DNA of 64,000 bases from Phycisphaerae bacterium. GTDB taxonomy: Bacteria; Planctomycetota; Phycisphaerae; UBA1845; Fen-1342. The notes under the pieces were generated by a model. That model did not search any database. It saw only the letters and a list, made by a program, of their open reading frames with translations, and had not been told where the DNA came from. The stretch lies in the NCBI GenBank assembly GCA_963675745.2, contig CAXXWX010000015.1, positions 256,001 to 320,000 of the forward strand, in the 5' to 3' direction. Shown piece by piece: positions 39,107 to 49,821 of the stretch. Each line of letters begins with the position of its first letter. The stretch's first letter is position 1. The translations under genes were made by a program, and so were the position numbers.

Positions 39107-40249
39107 ATGAAGAAGATCCGCCTGTACACTCCCGGCCCGTGTGCGGTTCCCGAAGAGGTTCTGCTCGAGATGGCCCGGCCGTTTGAGCATCACCGTACCG
39201 ACTGGTTCAAAGACTTCATGCAGCAGTGCCAGGAAAAGCTCAAAGTGGCGCTGCAAACCAAGAACGAGGTGCTCATCATTACGGGCAGCGGCACGGCCGC
39301 CGCCGAAGCGGCCATCATCGGCTGCAACCCGCCCGGTTCCAAAATGCTCACGATCGAAGGCGGCAAATTCGGCCAGCGCTGGGGCGAGATCGCCGAACAG
39401 TTCGGGCTCGACGTCGTGCGCCACGAGATCGAGTGGGGCACGGCCATAGATCCACAGGTCGTGGCGGACTATCTCAAGAAAGACCCGGCCATCACGGCGG
39501 TCATGCTCACGCACAGCGAGACTTCGACGGCGACCTTGTGCGACCTGGAAGCGATCGGCAAGATCACCAACGCGGCCGGCAAGCTCCTGCTGGCCGACTG
39601 CATCACCTCCGCCGGTGCACTGCCGCTGAAGCCTGATGAATGGGGCGTCGATGTGGTTATCACCGGGGCGCAAAAGGCGCTGATGCTGCCGCCGGGGCTG
39701 GGCTTTGCCTCGCTGAGTGCGCGGGCCTGGGAGGCGGTGGAACGTAACCAGGGCCAGCATGCGTACTACCTGAATCTCCTCAAGGCGCGCAAGAGCGGCG
39801 AGAAGCACGACACCCCCTTCACCCCCGCACATCTGCTCATCCGCGGCCTCAACAAGGCCCTCGATATTCTGCTCGAAGACGGAATCGAGCAGGTCTGGAA
39901 GCGCGTGGCGGCGATGGCCGCGGCGACGCGCGCCGCCGGTGAGGCCATCGGCCTCGAAGTCTTCTCCAAACGCCCGTCCGATTCGGTAACAGCGCTGAAT
40001 TGCCCGGCGGGCATCAGCGTCAGTGATATTCGCGCCGGCCTGAAGGACCGCTTTGGCATCCAGTCCGCCGGCGGACAGGAACATCTCAAGGGCAAGATCT
40101 TCCGCATCGGCCACATGGGCTATGTCGACGCGATGGACACCGTGCTGGTGATCGCCGCTCTCGAACAGGTGCTCTACAAGTTGGGTCACAAGTTCGAGTT
40201 GGGCGCGGGCGTCGCCGCGGCACAGCGCGTGTTTGCGGAGCAACTGTAG
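39107..40249 (+). CDS. class V PLP aminotransferase (alanine-glyoxylate/serine-pyruvate family)
   Basis: TPGP, GSGT, HSETST, TGAQKALMLPPGL, FRIGHMG. Confidence 0.93.
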   Translation: MKKIRLYTPGPCAVPEEVLLEMARPFEHHRTDWFKDFMQQCQEKLKVALQTKNEVLIITGSGTAAAEAAIIGCNPPGSKMLTIEGGKFGQRWGEIAEQFGLDVVRHEIEWGTAIDPQVVADYLKKDPAITAVMLTHSETSTATLCDLEAIGKITNAAGKLLLADCITSAGALPLKPDEWGVDVVITGAQKALMLPPGLGFASLSARAWEAVERNQGQHAYYLNLLKARKSGEKHDTPFTPAHLLIRGLNKALDILLEDGIEQVWKRVAAMAAATRAAGEAIGLEVFSKRPSDSVTALNCPAGISVSDIRAGLKDRFGIQSAGGQEHLKGKIFRIGHMGYVDAMDTVLVIAALEQVLYKLGHKFELGAGVAAAQRVFAEQL

Positions 40250-40316
40250 CACTTGATTCGATGCCGCGCCCCCGCCGGCGCAAAACCAGGACACCGCCGG
40301 CAACGATGATCATGAC

Positions 40317-41753
40317 ATGAGGCTGCTCGTAAAGAATGCGACGCTTGTTACCGCGGATAATGTCCGCGCCGGCTGCGCCTTCGTCGTGGAGGATGACCGC
40401 GTGGCCGCCACGGGCGCCACGGAGGACTTCTCCGATCCACCCGACGGCGGGCCCTACGACGAGATCATCGATGCCGGCCGGTGTCTGGTAACACCCGGCT
40501 TCGTCAACACCCACCACCATCTGTACCAGTCGCTGACGCGCTGCCTGCCCGCTGTGCAGAATCGGCCGCTGTTTGACTGGCTTCGCGGATTGTACGCACG
40601 CTGGCGCAACCTGGACTATCGCGCTACGAAACTGGCCGCCAAGGTCAGTATTTGCGAATTGCTGCTGCACGGCTGTACCACCACCAGCGACCACCACTAC
40701 ATGCTGCCGCCGCACACCGACGCGCGCATCGAAGCCGTGCTCGAAGCGGCCGAGGAGTTAGGCATCCGCATCCACCTGTGCCGCGGGAGCATGACGCTGG
40801 GGCAATCCGCGGGTGGGCTGACGCCGGATGACTGCATTGAGCGTGATGCGGACGTGCTGGCTGACTGTATGCGCGTGCTGGATGCGTATCACGATCCCGC
40901 GCCGCACGCCATGCGCCGCATCGACCTGGCCCCCTGCTCACCGTTCAACGTCACGCGCGAGTTGATGCGCGACACGCTCGCGCTGGCCCGCGAACGTGGC
41001 GTTCTGCTGCACACACATCTGGCCGAGACGCTTGATGAGGATGCTTATTGCCGGGAACACTACGGCTGCCGTCCGCTGGAGTATCTCGTGGACATGGACT
41101 GGCTCGGGCCGGATGTGTACCTCGCCCACTGCGCCCAGCTCAATGACGACGAGATCGGCCTGCTCGCGCACACGCGCACCAGCGTGGCCCACTGTCCGAC
41201 GTCAAACATGCGGCTGGGCAGCGGCATCGCGCCACTCGAGAAAATGCTGGCCGCCGGCGTCAACGTCGGGCTGGCCGTGGACGGCTCGAGCAGTAATGAC
41301 TGCGGTAATCTGCTGGCGGAGGCGCGCATGGCACTGCTGGCGGCGCGCGTGCGCGCCGCTATCACCGGCGAACGCACCGCCGCAAGCGCGACGCCGCCGC
41401 CCCAGTCGGGTGAAGCTGCTGCCGCCCCCGACGATCTGCTGGCGGCGGCGCGCGTATTTCGGCTGCTCACCCAGGGTGGTGCGAGTGTGCTGAATCGCCC
41501 GGAACTGGGACAGCTCGAACCCGGGGCGGCCGCCGATTTCGCGCTCTTTCGCATTGACGACCTTGCGTTGGCCGGCGCCGTTGCCCGCGACCCGCTCGCC
41601 GCGCTGCTGCTTTGCGACGCGCCGCGCGCCGACCGCGTGTTTGTCGCCGGACGCGAGCTCGTACGCGACGGACGCATCCAGATGCTCGATGAAGACCGCC
41701 TGGCCCGTGAATTCAACGACTTTGTTGCCGACAGTGCGGCCGGCGGTGCCTGA
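40317..41753 (+). CDS. 8-oxoguanine deaminase-like amidohydrolase
   Basis: PGFVNTHHHLYQSLTR, RGSM, APCSPF, HTHLAET, HCPTSNMRLGSG, VDGSSSND. Confidence 0.9.
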   Translation: MRLLVKNATLVTADNVRAGCAFVVEDDRVAATGATEDFSDPPDGGPYDEIIDAGRCLVTPGFVNTHHHLYQSLTRCLPAVQNRPLFDWLRGLYARWRNLDYRATKLAAKVSICELLLHGCTTTSDHHYMLPPHTDARIEAVLEAAEELGIRIHLCRGSMTLGQSAGGLTPDDCIERDADVLADCMRVLDAYHDPAPHAMRRIDLAPCSPFNVTRELMRDTLALARERGVLLHTHLAETLDEDAYCREHYGCRPLEYLVDMDWLGPDVYLAHCAQLNDDEIGLLAHTRTSVAHCPTSNMRLGSGIAPLEKMLAAGVNVGLAVDGSSSNDCGNLLAEARMALLAARVRAAITGERTAASATPPPQSGEAAAAPDDLLAAARVFRLLTQGGASVLNRPELGQLEPGAAADFALFRIDDLALAGAVARDPLAALLLCDAPRADRVFVAGRELVRDGRIQMLDEDRLAREFNDFVADSAAGGA

Positions 41754-43033
41754 TGCGTGCGCGCGGCCCGATTACACGTCGAGTGTTGCGACACGCCGTC
41801 GCATTGGTTGCCGCGCTGCCGATTTGGCTTGGCCTGGCCGGCTGCGAAAAGCAGGATGCCGGCCCCCCTGGTGATGTAACCGACCCGACCGCCGTCGATC
41901 GCCTGCGCGCACTCCCGTACATCGGCAGTACACCGGTCGAGCACGGCGCCGGTGACGGGGTCGTGCGGCGTGACGCGCAGCGCTCCGCACCCGGCTATAA
42001 CCTCTATACGGTCCAACCGCTCAGCACCGCCGAGCTGATCGACGAGCAGGGCCACACGATCCGCAGTTGGCATCTCGACGGCAGCGCCCGCTGGGCGCGC
42101 GCCGAGCTGACTGACAACGGCGACTTGCTGGTCATCGGGCTCGACGCACGCCGCACGCCTGACGGTGCCCCGTTGCCCTACGACCCCGATGACGCACGCT
42201 ACCTCGCATGGCTCGACTGGGACGGCGATCTGCTATGGAAGAAGCAGTTGCCGGTTCACCATGATGTCGAGCAACAACCGGATGGCAACCTGCTCGTGCT
42301 CGCCCTGCGTCGCAGAAATGTACCAAAAGTACATGCCGAGCTGCCGACGCGCGACGACCTGGTGCTGACGCTCGCTCGGGACGGAACAGTGATTGGCACA
42401 CAGTCTTTGCTGGACGGAATTGCCGCCAATCAGCCGGCGTTTGAGCTGCACCGCGTGACGCCCGACAAGCGCGGCGGCGCGCCCTGGGTCGATCTGCTGC
42501 ACGCCAATTCCATCGAGGTATTGCGCGACGAAAGCCTGGCTTCGCGCCACGCGCTGTACAAGCCCGGCAACATCCTCGGATGTTTTCGCCATCAGAATCA
42601 GATTGCGGTTTTTGATCCCGCGCGCAACCGGGTTATATGGAGCTGGGGCGCCGATGAGCTGCGCGGCCCACACGATGCCCAGATGCTGCCGAGCGGGAAC
42701 ATTCTGCTCTTTGACAACGGCCTGGGGCGCGGGTATTCGCGGGCTATTGAGCTCAACCCGGTCAGCCGTGAAATCGTCTGGGAGTACAAGTCCGATCCAC
42801 CATCGTCGTTCTATACCGCAAGCAAGGGATCGGTGCAGCGCTTGCCAAACGGCAATACGCTGCTGGCCGAGTCGGATCGCGGGCGTGCGTTTGAGGTCAC
42901 GCCCGACGGCGAGATTGTCTGGGAGTTTCTGTGTCCCCATCGCGTCGCGGGCGACCAGCGGGCCGCGATCGTGAGGTTATATCGTCTGCCGCGCGCGAGG
43001 ATTGATGCCCTGATCGAAGCGCACGACGACTGA
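41753..43033 (+). CDS. arylsulfotransferase (ASST)-like lipoprotein
   Basis: LAGC lipobox; HHD, DLLHANSI, HDAQML..GNILLFDNG, GSVQRLPNGNTL. Confidence 0.85.
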   Translation: MRARGPITRRVLRHAVALVAALPIWLGLAGCEKQDAGPPGDVTDPTAVDRLRALPYIGSTPVEHGAGDGVVRRDAQRSAPGYNLYTVQPLSTAELIDEQGHTIRSWHLDGSARWARAELTDNGDLLVIGLDARRTPDGAPLPYDPDDARYLAWLDWDGDLLWKKQLPVHHDVEQQPDGNLLVLALRRRNVPKVHAELPTRDDLVLTLARDGTVIGTQSLLDGIAANQPAFELHRVTPDKRGGAPWVDLLHANSIEVLRDESLASRHALYKPGNILGCFRHQNQIAVFDPARNRVIWSWGADELRGPHDAQMLPSGNILLFDNGLGRGYSRAIELNPVSREIVWEYKSDPPSSFYTASKGSVQRLPNGNTLLAESDRGRAFEVTPDGEIVWEFLCPHRVAGDQRAAIVRLYRLPRARIDALIEAHDD

Positions 43034-43075
43034 ATGCGGGAGCTGACCCGCGATGCATGACGGCAGGTCACACCT

Positions 43076-44578
43076 ATGAAGCGGAAACGCAGAACGCGGC
43101 GTACACAGCCCACCGAAACACCGGCGCGCAAGCCATCGCGCGGGCTTCAGCGGGTTGCCATCGCGTTGCTGGCGGCTGTCGGAGTGCTGGTCGCCTGGTA
43201 CATCGCCGCGCGCGGCCCGCGTTACGCCGGCCCGGCTCGCCACGTGATTGTGATTTCGCTCGACACCACGCGCGCGGATCATCTTGGCTGTTATGGGAAC
43301 GCCTGGATACAGACGCCGAACCTTGACGCGCTGGCGGCCGAGTCGATCCTCTTCGCCGATCACCTGACCGCCGTCACTACCACGCTGGCATCGCACACAT
43401 CGCTGTTCACCGGTAAGTACCCGCAGTCACACGGCGTGCCGCGCAACGGCTTCGTGGTCCACGATGACAACGTGATGCTGGCCGAAATCCTGCGGGACGC
43501 CGGCTTTCATACGGCGGGCTTTCTCGGGTCATTTGCGCTGGAAAGCCGCTTCAATTTCGCCCAGGGTTTCGAGGACTACGATGAGTGGTTCGATACGCTG
43601 GTCGGGCCGGGCGGATTCGACCAGAATCAGCGCGACGCCGCGGCCGTAACCGACGCGGTGATCAAGTACCTCGACGGCCGGCGGCTGCCGCGGAACCTGT
43701 TTCTCTTCGCCCACTATTTTGATCCACACATGCCCTATACGCCGCCGGCCCCGTTTGACCGGATGTATGGGGATGACGAGCTGCCCGGCACGCACCAGGT
43801 TTCGGACCACCCCGCCCTGGTCGCCGGGCCGCGAACGGCGGAAATCCGCAAGCAGCTTTACAGTTATGCTGGCGAGGTTTCCTATGCGGATCTGCACATC
43901 GGCCGGCTGCTGATATACCTGCGCACGCGCGGCATTCTTGATGACGCTATCCTGGTCGTGACGAGCGACCATGGCGAAGAGCTAACCGATACCAAGGGTC
44001 GGCCGTTTGACCACGGCTGGACGGTCTACAACTCTGAAGCGCGTGGCGTGTTGATGGTGCGTCTGCCGGGTGGCGGTAAGGCCGGCTCGGAATACAAATA
44101 TCTGACATCGAGTACGGACGTACTACCCACGCTGACCGAGTACCTCGGGCTGCCGACGCCGCCCGGCGTTGACGGCGAGGCCATCGAGTTGCTCGATACC
44201 TCGCTCCGCCAATCCGGCGACCCGCCGCGCGTCTGCTTCTCGGAAGGGACCAAACCCTGGGATGAGGTCGAGACCGACCCGCGCTGGTTCGGCACGCGCA
44301 AAGCCCGGGGCGTTCGCCGTGGACCATATAAATACATCCGCACCGAGTACCGTGGTACCGAAGAGCTCTACAACCTGGACGCTGATCCGCTCGAGCGCAA
44401 CAATCTGCTGAGCGGCGGAAACGTGGAAATGCGCGCGCTCGCGCGCGAACTGGCCGACATTCTCAACACGTGGACCAACGCCGCCGACCCGCTGCCGACT
44501 CGTTTCGAGCCAAGCCAGCGCGAGGAAACCATCCGCCGTCTGCGCGCGCTCGGATACCTGCGCGACGACGGAGGATAG
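43076..44578 (+). CDS. sulfatase-like (alkaline phosphatase superfamily) protein
   Basis: ISLDTTRAD, TLASHTSLFTG, HYFDPHMPY, YAGEV...D, TSDHGE, ELYNL..DPLE. Confidence 0.9.
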   Translation: MKRKRRTRRTQPTETPARKPSRGLQRVAIALLAAVGVLVAWYIAARGPRYAGPARHVIVISLDTTRADHLGCYGNAWIQTPNLDALAAESILFADHLTAVTTTLASHTSLFTGKYPQSHGVPRNGFVVHDDNVMLAEILRDAGFHTAGFLGSFALESRFNFAQGFEDYDEWFDTLVGPGGFDQNQRDAAAVTDAVIKYLDGRRLPRNLFLFAHYFDPHMPYTPPAPFDRMYGDDELPGTHQVSDHPALVAGPRTAEIRKQLYSYAGEVSYADLHIGRLLIYLRTRGILDDAILVVTSDHGEELTDTKGRPFDHGWTVYNSEARGVLMVRLPGGGKAGSEYKYLTSSTDVLPTLTEYLGLPTPPGVDGEAIELLDTSLRQSGDPPRVCFSEGTKPWDEVETDPRWFGTRKARGVRRGPYKYIRTEYRGTEELYNLDADPLERNNLLSGGNVEMRALARELADILNTWTNAADPLPTRFEPSQREETIRRLRALGYLRDDGG

Positions 44579-44587
44579 GGGGAAAGA

Positions 44588-44690
44588 TAAGTCAGAAGTA
44601 TGAAGTCAGAAACGCGCGAATCGGCACCATGCGATCGACAGCGCGTTTCTAACCTCTAACCTCTAACCTCTAACCTCTAACTTCTGACTT
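44588..44690. repeat. heptamer tandem repeats (TCTAACC/TCTGACT)n with an inverse AAGTCAG block
   Basis: between the convergent sulfatase and leuS genes. Confidence 0.8.
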
Positions 44691-47504
44691 CTAAACTATC
44701 AGATTCACCAGCCGGCCGGGGACTACGATCTGCTTCTTGATGTCCTTCCCGCCGATGGCCTTGACAACCGCGTCGAGCTTCAGGGCCGCGGCGATGATCG
44801 CGTCTTCCGATGCATCGGTCGGCACATTGATGCGCCCCTTGAGCTTACCTCTGACCTGGACGGCCATTTCAACCGTCGCGTCAATTGTCAGAGCCTCTTC
44901 ATAGCGGGGCCACGCCTGCTGGCAGGCCAGATCCTCGTGCCCGAGGCGATGCCAGAGCTCCTCGGCGATGTGCGGCGCAAACGGGCACAGCACCAACAGA
45001 AAACGGTCGATCTGACCGCGCCCGATGCTGTCGGCTTTCACCGCCGCATTGACCCACTCAATCATCGCCGAGACCGCTGTGTTCAGCGCGAAGCGGTTGA
45101 TGTCGCCGCTGACCTTCTTGATGGTCTTGTGCAGCGAGCGCTCGAGGGTTTCGTCGTCGTGGTTGACGATCTTGGGGTTCAGCGTCCAGTCGCCGTTGGA
45201 TGCGGCCCCCGCGGCGTCGTCTCCCGCCGGCATCACGACCAGACGCCAGACCCGCTGGAGGAAGCGGTGTACGCCGATGATATCACGCGTATTCCACGGC
45301 TTGCTGGACTCGAGCGGTCCCATGGCCATTTCATAAAGCCGCAGCGTATCCGCGCCGTACTCCTCGATGATGCGGTCGGGGTTCACCACGTTCTTGAGCG
45401 ACTTGCTCATCTTCTCGACGCTCTCGGCGAGCACCTCGCCCGTATCGGTGTGTACCGGCTTTTCGTCTTTGTAGGTGACTTCATCGAGCGGGACACAGAC
45501 GCCGCGACCGTCGCGATAGGCGAAGCTCTGGATCATGCCCTGGTTGAAAAGCGTATGGAACGGCTCGGGCGTTGACACGTGTCCGAGGTCATAGAGCACC
45601 TTGTGCCAGAAACGCGCGTAGAGCAGGTGCAGCACGGCGTGCTCAGCCCCACCCATGTACAGGTCCACGCCCCCCACCTTGGGTTTGCCATCATGTCCCT
45701 CTCCGCCCATCCAATGTTGTTCGGCGTCGGCGCCAACAAAGGCGGCGGAGTTGTGGGCGTCGCAAAAACGCAGGTAGTACCAGCATGAACCGGCCCACTG
45801 CGGCATGGTGTTCAGCTCGCGACGGTAGGTCTGGCCCTTCCGCTCGAACGTCGCCCAATCCTGTGCGCGCGACAGTGGCGTCTGCGGCTCGGCGTTGGGA
45901 TCGTTGCTGGCATGCGGCCGGAAATCCTCCATCTCGGGCAGACTGACCGGCAGATCCGCCTCGTCCACGCCGCGCGCAAACGCGGCTTCGTCGTACACAA
46001 TCGGGAATGGCTCGCCCCAATACCGCTGGCGCGAAAAGAGCCAGTCGCGCAGCTTGTACTGGATGGTACCCTCGCCCAGGTCGCGCTCTTCGAGCCAGAG
46101 CGTGATCTTGCGCTTGGCCTCCGGGGTCGGCAGTCCGTTGATGTCGCACTGCCCATCGAAGCGGTTCTCACCGGAGGGGGAATTTACGCTCACTCCGTCG
46201 CCGGTGAATCCGTGCCAGTCTTCACCCGCGGGCGGTTCGACGACCTTCACGACCTCCAGTCCGAACTTCTCGGCAAACTCGAGGTCGCGCGTATCGTGGC
46301 CCGGTACGGCCATGATCGAGCCGGTGCCATAGCTGATCAGGACGTAGTCGGCGACCCAGATGGGCACGCGCTTGCGGTTGACCGGGTTTATCGCATAGGC
46401 GCCGGTAAAGACGCCGGTCTTGGTCTTGGTGTCCGCCGTGCGTTCGAGTTCCGAGCGATTTCTGGCGGCCTCGACATACTTCGTGACCTCGGCGCGATGC
46501 TCGGCGGTAGTGATCATCGAAACCAGCCGGTGCTCGGGCGCGAGCACCATGTAGGTCGCCCCGAAGAGCGTGTCGGGCCGGGTGGTGAAGACACGGATGG
46601 TGGGGTGTTCGCCATCGATGTCGATATCGGTTTCGGTCTCGAGCGAGAAATCGACGTAAGCTCCCTCACTACGACCGATCCAGTTGCGCTGCATGAGCTT
46701 GATCGGCTCGGGCCAGTCCAGCTCGGCCAGATCGCCGAGCAGCCGGTCGGCGTACTCGGTGATGCGCAGCATCCACTGCTTCATCGGCCGGCGATAGACA
46801 GGATGGTCGCCGCGGTCGCTACGGCCGTCGTTGGTGACCTCTTCGTTTGACAGCACCGTCCCCAGCGCCGGGCACCAATTGACCGGCACCTCGTCGCGAT
46901 AGGCCAGCCGGTGCTCGTCACGATAACTCTCGACGGCGGCCTGGCCCTGAGCTTTGACGTCTTCGGGGATTGGCAGGTTGGCAATCGGGCGCGCCGCGCC
47001 GACAACATTGCGGCCGTGCCGATCGGTCCAGCGATGCTCGGGGTCATACCACGCGTTGTAAATCTGGAGGAATATCCACTGGGTCCAGCGGTAATAGTCG
47101 GCCTCGCAGGTCGCCACCTCGCGGTCCCAGTCATAACCCAGACCGATCATGCGGAGCTGGCGCTTGTAGGTCTCTATGTTCTTGCGCGTGGTTACCGCCG
47201 GGTGTACTCCCGATTCGACGGCGTATTGCTCGGCGGGCAGCCCGAAAGCATCCCACCCCATCGGGTGCAAGACGTTGTAGCCGCGCATGCGCACAAAACG
47301 CGCGATGATGTCCGACGCGATATAGCCCAGCGGGTGTCCGACATGCAGGCCCGCCCCCGACGGATAGGGGAAGAAGTCCAGGATGTAGAACTTGGGCTTT
47401 TCGCTGCCTGACTCGCCGGGGTTGGCGGCACGCCAGACCTTGTGTTCATCCCAGACACTCTGCCATCTGGGCTCGATTGCGTTAAAGTCGTATATGTCGC
47501 TCAT
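44691..47504 (-). CDS. leuS: leucine--tRNA ligase
   Basis: FPYPSGAGLHVGH (HIGH), TTRPDT editing domain, KMSKS, C-terminal VVPGRLVNLIV. Confidence 0.98.
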   Translation of the reverse strand: MSDIYDFNAIEPRWQSVWDEHKVWRAANPGESGSEKPKFYILDFFPYPSGAGLHVGHPLGYIASDIIARFVRMRGYNVLHPMGWDAFGLPAEQYAVESGVHPAVTTRKNIETYKRQLRMIGLGYDWDREVATCEADYYRWTQWIFLQIYNAWYDPEHRWTDRHGRNVVGAARPIANLPIPEDVKAQGQAAVESYRDEHRLAYRDEVPVNWCPALGTVLSNEEVTNDGRSDRGDHPVYRRPMKQWMLRITEYADRLLGDLAELDWPEPIKLMQRNWIGRSEGAYVDFSLETETDIDIDGEHPTIRVFTTRPDTLFGATYMVLAPEHRLVSMITTAEHRAEVTKYVEAARNRSELERTADTKTKTGVFTGAYAINPVNRKRVPIWVADYVLISYGTGSIMAVPGHDTRDLEFAEKFGLEVVKVVEPPAGEDWHGFTGDGVSVNSPSGENRFDGQCDINGLPTPEAKRKITLWLEERDLGEGTIQYKLRDWLFSRQRYWGEPFPIVYDEAAFARGVDEADLPVSLPEMEDFRPHASNDPNAEPQTPLSRAQDWATFERKGQTYRRELNTMPQWAGSCWYYLRFCDAHNSAAFVGADAEQHWMGGEGHDGKPKVGGVDLYMGGAEHAVLHLLYARFWHKVLYDLGHVSTPEPFHTLFNQGMIQSFAYRDGRGVCVPLDEVTYKDEKPVHTDTGEVLAESVEKMSKSLKNVVNPDRIIEEYGADTLRLYEMAMGPLESSKPWNTRDIIGVHRFLQRVWRLVVMPAGDDAAGAASNGDWTLNPKIVNHDDETLERSLHKTIKKVSGDINRFALNTAVSAMIEWVNAAVKADSIGRGQIDRFLLVLCPFAPHIAEELWHRLGHEDLACQQAWPRYEEALTIDATVEMAVQVRGKLKGRINVPTDASEDAIIAAALKLDAVVKAIGGKDIKKQIVVPGRLVNLIV

Positions 47505-47639
47505 GGTGGTTTCACACCTGGCTAAGCACGAATTCCGAATCTACGGCGCGCCCGCGAGTCCCCACGGGGCGGCCCGACTTGTCTCGTTGATGTGACGCGC
47601 CCCCGCGCGACACCGATTGTGTGTCTCTGGCAGCCGCGG

Positions 47640-49598
47640 CTAGCGCAACCGGTCATCCTCGGCCTGCGCCCATTGCGCGCGTAGTCGGATGTTCTCCGGG
47701 TCGTACCAGCCTTGGTAAACCGCGATCATGTCGTTCTGAACACTACGCGCCAACTGGCCGCGCTCCGCTTCGAACTCACCGGCATAGATCGGCGTGATCT
47801 CCTGTAGCTCGCAGACCACCCACGCCTGGCGCTTGGCCACACCGCTGGTGAGTATGCGCTGCTCCAGCGCGAGGCTCGCCGGATCGCCGGCGGAAAAGGC
47901 CTTGTCGGCCAGCGCGTTGACCAGGCCGACCTGCTCGATGACGGGGTTGTTGCGCGTAAACCCGCTTGACTCGTTCGGGCCAAGCAATGTCAGGTTGCGG
48001 CCCGTCTGCGGACTCTCGGCCTCCTCGGGTAGCACATCCGACGAATCCGGTAGTGGTAGCGGCAGCACGGTCAGCTCTTCCTTGAGCTCCGCGGCCTGCT
48101 CGACCGCCGCAGACAACCCAGCCTGTCGCGCGGCTTCCGCGATCTCGCTGGCGCGTTCTCCCGCCAACTCAAAGGCCTTCATCAGTTTCCAGTCGGCAAC
48201 CACCCGCGCGCGCACCTCATCCAGTGACGCCGGGGGACCGGCCGGCTGCACGTCGGTGACGCGGATCAGGAAGGTCTGCCGCGCGTTCGGCGAGAACTGA
48301 CGGGTCTCGCGATCAAACGGGAAGTCGTAGACCAGGGCCGGCTCGTACGGTACCAGCACCGGGCCCCGATCATCCGCGGGCCGCTCAAAGAGCCCCTTCA
48401 CGCGAAATACAAACGTTTCCAGCGGCACCGGTTGGTTGCCGGCGACGTAGCGCGCGATGCCGAGGTTGGGCACGCGCCGTATGCTCAACTGATCCACCCA
48501 TTCGGTTTTTCCGTACTTAACGCGATAGGTCTCGCTGGAGTATTTTTCGGCGAGCTTGTCGAAGGAACCGATCTGATCCTCCGGCGGCGCCGGCCGGAAG
48601 CCCTGCTCATCGCGAGCGCTGGCCAGCCAGGGCTCGTCAACCTCGCGGTGGATCTCGTTGACCAGCCTCTGGGCTTCGGCAATGGCCTTCTCGGCACGGA
48701 GATCACGCTTGACGTCCGCCTTGGCCTCATCGTAAGTCTGCTGAATCTCCTCGACGGTCGGAGGCAGGTCGGTGCCCTCCGGAGCCGGAATCTCACGAGT
48801 GGTCACATAGAGCTGACGATTGTTCTCGAAATAGCGCTGGGCCTCTGAATCACGCACCCGGACGCGTTCCTGGTTTTCAGCCGGGTCAACCGTCAGGTAT
48901 TCGATCCGGATTTTGGCCGGTACGCGATAGCCGAAAACGAGCGCATCGTCGGTATGCGCGGTTTCGCGATCCTTACCCTCCTCGAACAGCCGCTGAAGCT
49001 CCTCTTCGCTCGGCTCGCCCACGTATTCGATGAAGCTGCGGGCCATGATGACGCTGGTCAGCATGACGGCTTCCTGCTTCTGGTCGCGGTAAGCCTGCTC
49101 GAGGCGCGGCAACGAGTCGCCGATGGAGTCGAGCTGCCGCCCGGCCACGTACTGGATGCTGAACCAGTCGGCCACACTTTGATACATCTGCTCCTGGCTG
49201 ATGCGGTAGTCGTTCTGCACACGCGCCGCCTGTTGCGCAAGCTGCTCGGCCGGGACGCCTTGCATGGCCAGGCTCTGACGCAGCGAATCCTGGGCATAAC
49301 CAGGGCCGAACCGCACACCAACGCGGCGGGCCTCCTCCAGCAGCAGATACACGTCAAGAGCGTCCAGCGTGCGCGGAACCTGCACGTTCAGGCGACGGCA
49401 GATGTCGATCATCGTGCTGGCCTGCCGTAGGTCGCCCGAATGCACCGCTTGACCGTAGGCGGTCCCCAGCACCTGGTTGCCTGCGGCGCCACGACCGCTG
49501 AACATCGAGCTCGGCAGCAGAAACGCCACGAGCAGAAACGACATGAAGACCATGAGCAGGGTCTTCGTGTGCCGACGGAAGAGTTTGATCGGATTCAT
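47640..49598 (-). CDS. PpiD/SurA-like membrane-anchored periplasmic chaperone-like protein
   Basis: N-terminal FRRH.K + TM; P.K.RIEYL, SDSE...YFE.N, F..LA..YS, SLDEVR..V..DW. Confidence 0.65.
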   Translation of the reverse strand: MNPIKLFRRHTKTLLMVFMSFLLVAFLLPSSMFSGRGAAGNQVLGTAYGQAVHSGDLRQASTMIDICRRLNVQVPRTLDALDVYLLLEEARRVGVRFGPGYAQDSLRQSLAMQGVPAEQLAQQAARVQNDYRISQEQMYQSVADWFSIQYVAGRQLDSIGDSLPRLEQAYRDQKQEAVMLTSVIMARSFIEYVGEPSEEELQRLFEEGKDRETAHTDDALVFGYRVPAKIRIEYLTVDPAENQERVRVRDSEAQRYFENNRQLYVTTREIPAPEGTDLPPTVEEIQQTYDEAKADVKRDLRAEKAIAEAQRLVNEIHREVDEPWLASARDEQGFRPAPPEDQIGSFDKLAEKYSSETYRVKYGKTEWVDQLSIRRVPNLGIARYVAGNQPVPLETFVFRVKGLFERPADDRGPVLVPYEPALVYDFPFDRETRQFSPNARQTFLIRVTDVQPAGPPASLDEVRARVVADWKLMKAFELAGERASEIAEAARQAGLSAAVEQAAELKEELTVLPLPLPDSSDVLPEEAESPQTGRNLTLLGPNESSGFTRNNPVIEQVGLVNALADKAFSAGDPASLALEQRILTSGVAKRQAWVVCELQEITPIYAGEFEAERGQLARSVQNDMIAVYQGWYDPENIRLRAQWAQAEDDRLR

Positions 49599-49821
49599 GC
49601 ATGCGGTCCTTGAAGCGCGCAACCTGACACAGCACTGCCGCAGCTAGCGACAGAACGGACCATCTTAAAGGATGAGTCGGATAAGGCAAGGCGCGGCCGC
49701 GGAACTATCGCGGCGCAGGCGACAACCGGTGCCTGTCTGGACGATACTCCCGCCCGGAGCATCCCCCGCCGTGTACCTCCCCGACGATCGGAGCCGTCGC
49801 CGGACAAGTGTCGATAATAGG

